Made by a program: the position numbers and the translations under genes
Shown: positions 51,626 through 62,510 of the stretch, piece after piece
Position numbering within the stretch: position 1 is the first letter of the stretch
How the letters are laid out: the number at the start of each line of letters is the position of its first letter
From: Basidiobolus meristosporus CBS 931.73
Taxonomy: Eukaryota; Fungi; Basidiobolomycota
Assembly: GCA_002104905.1 (NCBI GenBank)
Contig: MCFE01000188.1
Location: 1-64,000 of the forward strand
DNA: 64,000 bases
Direction: 5' to 3'
The notes under the pieces: model-generated
Databases searched by the model: none
What the model was told of the DNA's origin: nothing
What the model saw: the letters and a program-made list of their open reading frames with translations, nothing else

Positions 51626-54600
51626 TGTTGCAAAAATTTGTATTTCCACCTAAATATTCACCTTACTTAGTCACTTAGATCATTAACCTCAAATCCTAGA
51701 GAATACTGACCAAATTCCTTGTTGGGACTTGCTTAGAATATTTTCACCAAAATACCAGGTACCTAGAACATGAAAATTCTCAAAGTTGTCCAAACAGCCC
51801 CAAACTCTGCACACATGTTCTTGGGACCTTTCTTAGCCTATTTTATGTGTTTGTAATGCCAAGACCAGGTAAAAGTATAAATACTACTTTTACATTCAAT
51901 AAATCATTAAATGAAAACCACATAATCTACTTGTTCTCCCAATCACTTCCAATATCTCCAAGACTCTTACAACAGGTTATGAGCCCCAAGCTGTCACTCT
52001 CTGCAATGTCTACTACTGCTATTACCCGAATTTTTCCCTCTGCTGAAAAATTGGATGGATCTAACTACCAAGTGTGGAAGGTGAAGATGAAGATGCTGCT
52101 ACACAAAAGAGGTCTTTGGGATATTGTCATGGGAGAAGAATGTCCTCCTAAAAACATGGGAGAGGAAGCCTTAAAGTACCAGAAGAAAGAGCAAAGTGCC
52201 TTAACTGCATTTGCCTTAATGTCAAGGACAAATTGCTAATTCAATGCCCAAGAGCAAAAACGGCAAAGAATGCCTGGGAAGCATTAGAAGACACCTACCA
52301 GTCATGTTCAGCTGCCAAGAAAATGTATCTGAGCCAAAAATTCTTTACTACAAAGATGCTGCCAGGAGAAGAAATGAAAAATCTAATTAACAGAATTACC
52401 CTGTTGGCAGATGAGATGGAATCTGTGGGCATACCAACTACTGATAAGGATGTGATAGTTACCATCCTGAATAGCCTGACAGACAAGTTTCAGGGCCTTG
52501 TATCAGCCCTAGAGTCCAGAACTGATGATTTGACCTTGAATTGCGTATGTGGAAGGTTCCTGGATGAAGAATTAAGAAAATCAAGCGCCAATAAGAAGGA
52601 AATGCTTTAATAAGCAATGATAGCCAACAAAGGAGATACCCAAAACCCTAAAAGGCAACAGCAACCTATTTTGCAACTACTGCAAAAGGAAAGGACACAC
52701 ATCAGACTGGTGTCTCAAAAAGAGAGATTATCAGCAAAAGAAGCCTGAATATGGAAATGCTGCAACAACTGAAGATAGACTATTCATATCTGCACTAAAT
52801 ATGACCACAAACAAGGATTCTCTGACGTGGTATATTGACTCTGGAGCTTCTCAACACTTTACACGCCAAAAAGAACTTTTTACCCAATATCAAGAAATTC
52901 CAATTAAGAAGGTTTTCATGGGTGACAATAGAACACTTGATGCAGTGGGAGAAGGAACTCTCCAAGTAAACCTTAGAAGCAGTGAAGGCAGCCATACACT
53001 GACCTTTAAAGAGGTACTCTGTGCTCCAGAAATAGCCAAGAACCTACTCTCTGTAAGCAAGGCCACAGCAGAAGGACACATATGCCAAAAAACTGGCCGG
53101 AATTCAGTCAAAATTTGAGCCAAAAAGTGTAAAATGCATATTTTTGGGCTACTGCAACAAGAGTAAGGCATACACACTCTACAATACCAGAGCAAAGAAG
53201 CTGATCAAGTCCAGGGATGTGTTGTTTGATGAAAACTCAAAATTTTCACAAAAAATGACATCAGATGATGACGAAAATTTGATCTCAAGTCCACCAATTG
53301 TCAGGATTGAATCAGAGCAAAACAATGAAGATTTTTTCACTCCAGAGAACTCTAAAACCATGATCCAGCCAGAATCAGGGCCCAGGAATATCCCAGAAGT
53401 GATCATTCCAGTATCAAATGCCCGGAGATCCAATTGGACAAGAAATAGCCCAAATTACTATATCAATGAGGGTACAAATTTAGCCTATGCCTATTCAGTC
53501 CATATTGATGAACCCCAGACTGTAAAAGAGGCCCTAAATAGCCCTCAGACAAAGTTTTGGAGATCTGCAATGACTGAGGAATATCAGGCCCGGATGGAAA
53601 ATCAAACTTGGGACTTAGTCAAATTACCAATCAACCAAAAATCAATTGGATGCAGATGGGTCTTCAAGACAAAATACAAGGCTGATGGTACAATTGAAAG
53701 ATACAAAGCAAGACTTGTAGCCAAAGGATACTCTCAAACAAAAGGACTTGACTATACTGAGACCTTTGCACCAGTAGCCAAGTTTAATTTCATCAGATTA
53801 ATATTGGCTATTGCAGCCAAATATTAGTTTTTTATTCATTAAATGGATGTAAAAACTGCATTTTTGAATGGAGAACTTGATGAGGACATGTATATGGACC
53901 AGCCTGATGGGTTTGTTGACCAAGATAACCCCCATTTGGTCTGCAAGATTAAAAAGTCACTATATGGTCTCAAACAATCACCAAGAGCCTGGAATTGCAA
54001 GATAGATTCTTATTTGGAATCCTTGAGTTTCAAAAGAAGTAATGCTGACTATAGTATATACTATAAGCCAGATAGAGCAAATCCAGTTCTATTAGCTCTA
54101 TATGTGGATGATCTTATTATAGCCGCCAATAACCTAGATATATTGGAAGAGACTAAATCCAGCCAATCTAAGGAGTTCAAGATGTCTGATTAAGGAGAAC
54201 TTAGTTACTACTTAGGGATTAAGTTCTCCATAGACAGAAGTACCCAGACTATTACCCTAAGCCAATCCAAGTATATTTAAGATATACTAAAGAAGTACAA
54301 AATGAAAGACTGCAAACCAGCAGCTACCCCAATGGAGACAAACCTTAACTTGGTCAAAACTCAACCAAATCAAGAGTGCTTGGTGCCATCTGAAAGCCCT
54401 GACTTTCCTTATCAATCTATGGTTGGCAGTCTGATGTATATTGTGCTTAAAACATGTCCAGATATCCCATGTTCAGTGGAAGTTGTTGGCCTGTATAATC
54501 AGAGCCATGGATCTGATCATATTGCAGCAGTTAAGCAGATTTTTAGACATTTGCAAGGAACTGCTGATATCTGCTTAAGATACACTTATAAGGGCTCAGA

Positions 54601-55288
54601 ACAAGATCTTGTGGGATACTCTGATGCAGATTGGGGACAAAATTTAGAAGACAGTAGATCCACCACAGGATACACCTTTCTTTACTGTAAAGGAACAATT
54701 TCATGGAATTCAAGAAAGCAACCAACTGTAGCACTTTCCACCACAGAGGCAGAGTATATGGCAGCCTGTGAAGCTACAAAAGAAGCAATGTGGTTAAGAA
54801 AGCTTTTTACAGATTTAGGCCTAGGCCAAAAAACGCCTATTACTATATTTCAAGATAATCAAGGATGTATGCAATTAGGTAGAAATCCAACTTTTCATGC
54901 TAGAACCAAGCACATAGATATTAGACATCATTTCATACGTGAAACTATAGAGAATAACTTAGTTACCTTAGTTTACTGTCCTACAGATGAAATGATTGCA
55001 GACATATTTACCAAACCATTAGCTAGAGACAAGTTTGAATATCTTAGGTCAAAATTAGGACTAGTCAATATGAACATTTAGCTGAGTGGGAGTGTTGTAA
55101 AAACTTGTATTTCCACCTTACTATTCACCTAACTTAGTCACTTAGATCATCACCTTCAAATCCTAGAAAATACTGACCAAATTCCTTGTTGGTATTTACT
55201 TAGAATATTTTTTACCAAAATACCAGGTACCTAGAACATGAAAATTCTCAAAGTTGTCCAAACAGCCCCAAACTTTGCACACATGTTC
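51626..55288 (+). mobile_element. Ty1/Copia retrotransposon B (same family as A, integrase core deleted); 3' LTR interrupted by Gypsy Y
   Basis: 5' LTR 51626-51974; PBS GGTTATGAGCCC (iMet half-tRNA type); gag (EKLDGSNYQVWK), protease WYIDSGASQH, RT ([22 protein letters not shown]) and RNase H; PPT TGAGTGGGAG; 3' LTR from 55093. The left flank is GTCAC. Confidence 0.94.
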
Positions 55289-56598
55289 TGTGGTAATGGA
55301 AAGTATTCCATTACTACAATATCTCTAAACCAATATTGCACTCATTTCTTTATTTTGCGTTTTGCTATTGTAACACACAAGAGAAAGATCAAGAATTTCC
55401 AACTTTGAAGAGCAAATGCTCCAGACCCTGACAAGCAATCCACCCAAGATTATTATGTCATACAGAACACGTAGTAGCCAACACATGTTTCAAATTACAG
55501 CTCATTTGAAGCAGTACTTAAGGAGTTATGACCAAAAGAGTCCAACTATTATATATACTATGCCTTATTGCTAGGATTACTATGGTGACTTTGATCGCGT
55601 GTAACTTTCGAACCAGCCAATCAAATCACGTGATATTTTCACAGGTGCTGCGCCTATGTCCGATCTGCGCCACTGCAAAATTTTAGCTTTGTATCACGTG
55701 TATTGCTTGCGCAATCGCCCAAAAACTTTTATCCTTCAAAATTTTCATATATATGACTTCCCCAGCTGAAAAATAAAGGGAGAGCCTCTCTTTCCAGAAT
55801 CTCCACACTACGGTTACAAGTTTAAAGGTTATAAGACTTCCCCTGCATCACTTGCACTGTTGAGTATTCTGACTTTGATCAGTACTACATCAGTAAAGAG
55901 ACTGCAAAGCTCACAAGAATCCAATCTAAGTTCTACAAGAAACTACCACTTTTCTGTCGGAAAAGTCCCCTCTAAGAAACCCCTTTACTCTAAAGACACC
56001 CCTTTAGACACCCCTTTAGTCTAAAGACCCCTTTAGAGACCCCTTTAAGAAACCCCTTTACTCTAAAGAAGCCCCTTTAGGCACCCCTTTAGTGTAAAGT
56101 CCACTTTAGAGACCACTACAAGAAGCCCCTTTACTCTAAAGACACCCCTTTAGACACCCCTTTAGGTCTAAAGACCCCTTTAGAGACTTCTACAACACAC
56201 CCCTTTAGGTTAAAGGGGAGCTCAGAATTTCCATATTAGGAAATATTTTCTCAGAAAGGAAAGTGACTTCCAAATAAGAAAAAGTTACTATAAAAGTAAA
56301 TAAGCCCATTAGTCAACAGAAGGTCAGAACACTGCTGTAGAAGTGATAAACACTGCCTACAGTATATTTTGAGCCCAAGATTGAGGAAATTAGTGAAAGT
56401 TATATCTTCTATCGGTATATCAAACTCCCAATAAACTATTTCAGTATTAGCATACTGGAAGTTGTTGTATATTGTTGATTAGCCTCTACATTGTAGAACA
56501 AGCCCCAAACTAATCATAATACAACACAACAAGAATTTGGTGGAGGACCTGGGTAGTTTGAACCTTTCACTATACAAGCATCAAGAAACGTTACAAGA

Positions 56599-58135
56599 AT
56601 GACTGATACACCACTCCCAGAGTTAATAGCCACTTTTAAAGGTGCCAGGAGAGAATGTTACTGAGTTTCTAGAGGAGTTTAACAATATAGCTGCAGCATT
56701 TGAGCTATCACACAAGAACAAAATCCAATTGTTTCCCTTTCTCTGTGAAGTTGAAGTATCAAGATTCTTACGAAGTTTGGACCCATTTAAGATATCTGTT
56801 GGCACTAACTATAACTGGGACACTGCTCAACAAGCTATTTTAGCTGAATACCAAAAAGAAGCACAGTTTGTTACACTAAATGAGCTAGAAATGCCTTACA
56901 ACAAGACCCAACCCTTGCAGAAGTACATTCAAAAGTTTGAGTCAAAAGCAAGGCATGTTGAAGCAGCTATTGAAATTCCAAGATATTATCAAAGAAACTA
57001 TTTTCTGATGAATATGCCTCCTGAAATACGTAATGCCATTAGCCACCAAGTTCAGGCTACAAGCTCCTACGACAATGTTAAACAAATGGTGTTAAACTAT
57101 CAATCAGGGAGACAAGTCATGGATTCCATTAATATTCAAATGAAGATTTCCACTCCAGCTAAACAAATTCTTCATCGTACAAATAACACACAAAGTGATC
57201 AGGTTAATGAATTAATTGATGCATTAGGAAAGCTGACGCTTAAGTTGGACTCTCAAAGTGTACCATCATCAAGCCTCAACAAGGCAAGACCAGAAAATCC
57301 CAAAACAACCAGTAATTATCCACAGCAAACCAAATATTGTGTGTACTGTGAATCTGCTGAGCATAGCCGTTATGGTTGTCAAATATTGAATATTGATATT
57401 GACAGTCATAAGGTTATGATTGATTGTTATGGGAAGATCTGTGATATTGCTGGAAACCCCTTGCCTATCAACAGAGGTTATGGTGGAATGAGGTCCTATG
57501 TACTTGCTCAAGAAGAATCAAGTAAAAGCACCAAGACATCAAATTTCATACAAGTCCAAAAGACTGCAGAAATTCCAAGCAATGAACGTTACGTACTCAC
57601 AATATCAGATCCATCAGGGCAGGTCCAAGAATATCTAATGGAAAAAGAGGAAGTTGAAGAGTTTAATTGCCTTATTGATAAGAGAAAGTATGTTTCTACA
57701 GAGAACAATCCTAAAAAAGTGTGTACCGACAAAAGAAATCAGCCAATTGTTGAAATACCAGTACAGCCAGAAACATCAAAAATCCAAAAAGAATACTTGC
57801 AACCTCAATCTAAGTATGATACTACTGCAATTACACAGAAAGTTATTGACAAATTCTGGAAATCTCCATTTCCACAACTTACAAATCAAGAAATGTTCAC
57901 TGCCATCAACAATCTCAGTCAACTACTACCAGAAATGGTTAAGCCTATGAACAAAGATATCCTGAAGAATTATCAAGAACAGTCATCAACAACATTATCA
58001 AGTGAACAACTACGATTTGAAGTAAAAAAAGCCTTTTACTCTACAACAACAGGAAGCTATGCTGCTACAATCAACAATGTTGAAGTGGAATGTGTTTTGA
58101 TTCTGGATCAGAAATCAATGCTATCACCGCTATGA
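56599..58135 (+). pseudogene. Gypsy Y gag (frameshift shortly after the ATG at 56599)
   Basis: The long open frame 56642-58135 carries a CCHC-type knuckle; the ATG lies in a neighbouring frame. Confidence 0.8.
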
Positions 58136-60822
58136 CTTTTGAAAAAATCAAATTGCCATCAACAGAAGTTGACTGGAATATGAGAACTGCTACAGGTGCA
58201 ACAGAGAAGATGCTTGGACTTTGTCACTCTGTACCAATTGAAATTGGAGGAATCAGGGTTACTTCTCCCTTTTTCATTGTTGCCAATGGACCCACTTTTG
58301 AGGTATTGTTGGGACAACCATATGAGAGAAAGTCTCTTCTACAAGCTGATAATAGACCTGATGGAAGCTTATGGCTGACAATCACATCTGACGATTGAAA
58401 AAGAAGGGCAACCTTTTGTGCAGTAGAAGAGAATAATCCAAGAAATGCAGACACCATTCCAGTACAAAACATACAGGTTCATAAGGATATTTTGTTTTAT
58501 GATCAACACTTCATTCCATTGACAACAAGTAAGACAAATACCAAGTATAAGCCAGTTGCATTGAAAGCAAAGCCAGTATCTACTGGAATCTCACCATCTG
58601 CCCACAACAATCCTCAAATGGAGCCTTTGCACAAATATGACAAAATCAGACTCACAGAAGAGAAGCTCAAGGAGTTGGCTATTGGGACTACTCTTTCCAC
58701 TGAGGAGAGAAGTCTCTTTTTGACTATGCTACAACGCTATGACAATGTCTTTGCATTTAATGATGCACAAAGAGGATGTTTATCCACAGAGCTATTTCCA
58801 CCGGTTAAGATCCATTCCGTTGAACATACACCATGGGCACTGAGATCATATCCTATTCCCTCAAGATTACTGAACAAAGTAATTGAAATGCTACAATCAA
58901 GATTTCAAAGTGGAGTCATTGAATATAGCTATGGACCTTATCGCAATCCCTGGTTTACACCGTTGAAGAAAAATGGAAGTCTACGGTTTATTCAAGACGT
59001 ACAGCATTTGAATAAGGTCACCATCAAAGATGCTATGCAACCACCCATACAACATGAGTATATTGAGTCATTTACTGGATATCCTCTGATTACAACATTG
59101 GATCTTTACTCAGGATATGACCAAATACTTCTGGATCCTACCTCAAGAGATTTCACCGCTATGGATACACCAATAGGACTCATAAGGATGACAAGAATTC
59201 CTCAAGGATGGACAAACTCTGTCCAAAATTATCAACGTGCAATGATTTGTGTTTTGGATGACTGTTTCCCTGAAATATGCCGACCATTTCTTGATGACAT
59301 TGCAGTTAAGAATAAGTCCAGAGAAAAAGATACATCGCATGTCTTACCTCAAGTAAGAAGATATGTTTATGATCACATAAGCACAGTTGAGAGGGTCATG
59401 AAGAAACTTCAAGCTTCTGGTCTGACTGTATCAGGAGCCAAATGCAAGTTTGGCTACAACAAAGCAATCATTCTAGGTGAACTTGTTACTGAAAAAGGGA
59501 GATTGCCTGATCCTGCAAGACTTTCATTGGCACTGAATTGGAAGCCACTAAGGAATATTCATCAAGTCAGACAATTATTAGGACTTACTGGTCTATTCAG
59601 AATCTGGATCAAGAACTATGCTCAAATTGCTAAGCCACTGACTCAGTTATTACAGAAAAACCAGAAATTTGAATGGCATGAAGAACAGGCAAATGCTATG
59701 TTGACATTGCTTGAGTCATTATCAAAGCCACCTGTCTTAGCAGCTATAGACTACAGTGTTATTGATTCACAACCAATCATTGTATCAGTTGATAGCTCTG
59801 GAATTGGGGTTGGTGGAATCATGATTCAAGTTTCAAAAGATCATCATTGACAACCTTGCAAATATCTTAGCAGACTATTCAAAGGGAATGAGCTTAACTA
59901 TCCATCTATCAAGAAAGAAGCACTGGGAGTACTCTATGTACTCAAAAAGCTAAAGCCATACTTATTAGGAGTACACTTCACACTGGAGGTTGATGCCAAG
60001 CCATTATTAGGAATGTTGAATAAGTTGGAGCTTTTGCCTGATCCTATTCTAGCACGGTGGATATCATACATCCAGATCTTTGACTTTACGCTGCAACATA
60101 TACCAGGAGCCAATCACAAAGGACCCGATGCCTTATCTAGAAAGCAACCAAATTCACCGTACTCAACTGATGATGATGAGATTGATGAGTTTCTTGAAAA
60201 CACTAGTCTTGGATTCTCATTCAGACATATGATACAAAGCAATTATCAACAAATCAAGGAATTTCTTACATCACTCAAAGTTCCTGCTGATATTCCCACA
60301 AATCAACGCACAAATTTTAAAAGGAAGGCTCTGAAGTTTATACTGCATGACGGCACACTTTTCAGAAAAAGCAAACATGGAGTTCCTTGACGGTATATAC
60401 ATAACAAGCATGATCAAGAGAAGATCATTCAAGAATTGCATGAATCTGAATCAGGAGGTCATAAGGGAATTACATCAACATATGCAAAAATCTCTTTATG
60501 GTATTTTTGGCCAACGCTTTACACCAACACAAAAGAATATGTGAAATCATGTATTCCATGTCAAAGAAGAGACAACCAAAAGATGCATGAACCACTTCAC
60601 AGTATATACACATCTTATGCTTGGCAAATTGCACATGTAGATATTATACATTTACCAAGGGCAACAGCTGGGTATAAGTATGTGGTGGACTGTCGTGATA
60701 ACTTTACTGGTTGGATAGAGGCTAGAATGCTGAAACAAGCCAATGCAAAAGCAGTAGCAAGATTTCTCAAAGAAGATGTATATCTCAGACATGGTTCAGT
60801 TGGCACCCTTATTGCAGACAAT
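58090..60822 (+). pseudogene. Gypsy Y pol (PR-RT-RH-INT), one frame interrupted by three TGA stops
   Basis: ORFs 58090, 58492, 60013 and 60436 share a frame. The only stops are TGA at 58396, 59848 and 60388. Confidence 0.9.
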
Positions 60823-62510
60823 CCAGTATGCTAATACTGAAATAGTTTATTGGGAGTTTGATATACCAATAGAAGATATAACTTTCACTAATATCCTCAA
60901 TCTTAGGCTCAAAATATACAGTAGGCAGTGTTTATCACTTCTACAGCAGTGTTCTGACCTTCTGTTGACTAATGGGCTTATTTACTTTTATAGTAACTTT
61001 TCCTTATTTGGAAGTCACTTTCCTTTCTGAGAAAATATTTCCTAATATGGAAGTTCTGAACTCCCCTTTAACCTAAAGGGGTGTGTTGTTGAAGTCTCTA
61101 AAGGGGTCTTTAGACCTAAAGGGGTGTCTAAAGGGGTGTCTTTAGAGTAAAGGGGCTTCTTGTAGTGGTCTCTAAAGGGGTCTTTAGACTAGAGGGGTGT
61201 CTTTAGAGTAAAGGGGTTTCTTAGAGAGGACTTTTCCAACAGAAAAGTGGTAGTTTCTTGTAGAACTTAGATTGGATTCTTGTGAGCTTTGCAGTCTCTT
61301 TACTGATGTAGTACTAATCAAAGTCAGAATACTCAACAGTGCAAGTGATGCAGGGGAAGTCTTATAACCTTTAAACTTGTAATTGTAGTGTGGAGATTCT
61401 GGAAAGAGAGGCTCTCCCTTTACTTTTCAACTGGGGAAGTCATATATATGAAAATTTTGAAGGATCACAGTTTTTGGGTGATTGCGCAAGCAATACACGT
61501 GATACAAAGCTAAAATTTTGCAGTGGCGCAGATCGGACATGGGCGCAGCACCTGTGAGAATTTCACGTGATTTGATTGGCTGGTTTGAAAGTTACACGCA
61601 ATCAAAGTCACCATAGTAAGCCTAGCAATAAGGCATAGTATATATAATAATTGGACTCTTTTGGTCATAACTCCTTAAGTACTGCTTCAAATGAGCTGTA
61701 ATTTGAAACATGTGTTGGCTACTACGTGTTCTGTATGATATAATATTCTTGGGTGGATTGCTTGTCAGGGTCTGGAGCATTTGTTCTTCAAAGTTGGAAA
61801 TTCTTGATCTTTCACTTGTATGTTGCAATAGCAAAAAGCAAAATAAAGAAATGAGTGCAATATTGGTTTAGAGATATTGTAGTAATGGAATACTTTCTAT
61901 TACCACAAGTCTCCTCTAACTTTGAGAAATAATGCCCTCATTATTACTTCTGCTATGGAACTTCTTCAATCTGTTACCAGGTTGCGTCAGTGCAAGTGGT
62001 GTACCGTCAAGTTCTGCTAGTTTGTAAGATCCATTTTTGTTTGCCTGTATGATCTTGTAGGGACCTTGCCATTGCATATCCAGCTTGGATGCCTTGTTTC
62101 TTTGGCTTTTTGTGTTGTGAAGTAGTATCAACTCACCTACTTCTAACAATGTTTTTCTTAGGCATTTTTGAGCGTCAAAGTACTCCTTGCCAGCCATTCT
62201 GGATTTCTTCAGGTTTTCTATTGCATTCTGTTGCAGAGTGTGTGCTTGTTGAATCTGTTGTACTCTTGCTAGCAATAGCTCTGATGTTGTCATGGTTGGT
62301 TTCCATGGGAGGGTAAGCCAATTTTCAAGAGATATGTCTATCAGCAAAACAGCTTCATGTCCATACATTAAAAAAAATGGTGTATACCCTGTACTTCTCT
62401 TAACCATAACTATATCAGCCCAAATTGCTGCATGAAAGTTATTTGCCCACTTGTTGGGTTCTTCATAGCTAAGCTTTGCTAATGTGTTTGCAAAAGCAGA
62501 ATGTCCACGT
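60822..62510 (-). mobile_element. Inverted 3' part of Gypsy Y: integrase C-half, PPT and 3' LTR lacking its last ~72 bp
   Basis: (E)RGHSAF..AIWAD..STGYTPFFLMYG..WQGPYKI..NRLKKF at 61916-62510; purine tract TTAGAGGAGA; LTR copy at 61907-60822. Confidence 0.88.

Larger units (their letters stand above)
55289..60822 (+). mobile_element. Ty3/Gypsy retrotransposon Y (Ylt1-like), 5' part: LTR, PBS, gag, PR, RT, RH and the N-half of integrase
   Basis: LTR 55289-56531; PBS TGGTGGAGGACC at 56538 (tRNA-Ala-like 3' end). gag: ENVTEFLEEF and CVYCESAEHSRYGC. PR: DSGSEIN. RT: LDLYSGYDQI, IPQGWTN, FLDDI. Integrase: H..GH..C..C and HVDII. The left flank is GTTC, inside the Copia B LTR. Confidence 0.95.

Noticed and set aside
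55968-56220. CRISPR-like appearance of the LTR repeat array
   Set aside because: Units are short and irregular without unique spacers, sit inside an LTR, and the DNA is eukaryotic with no cas genes.
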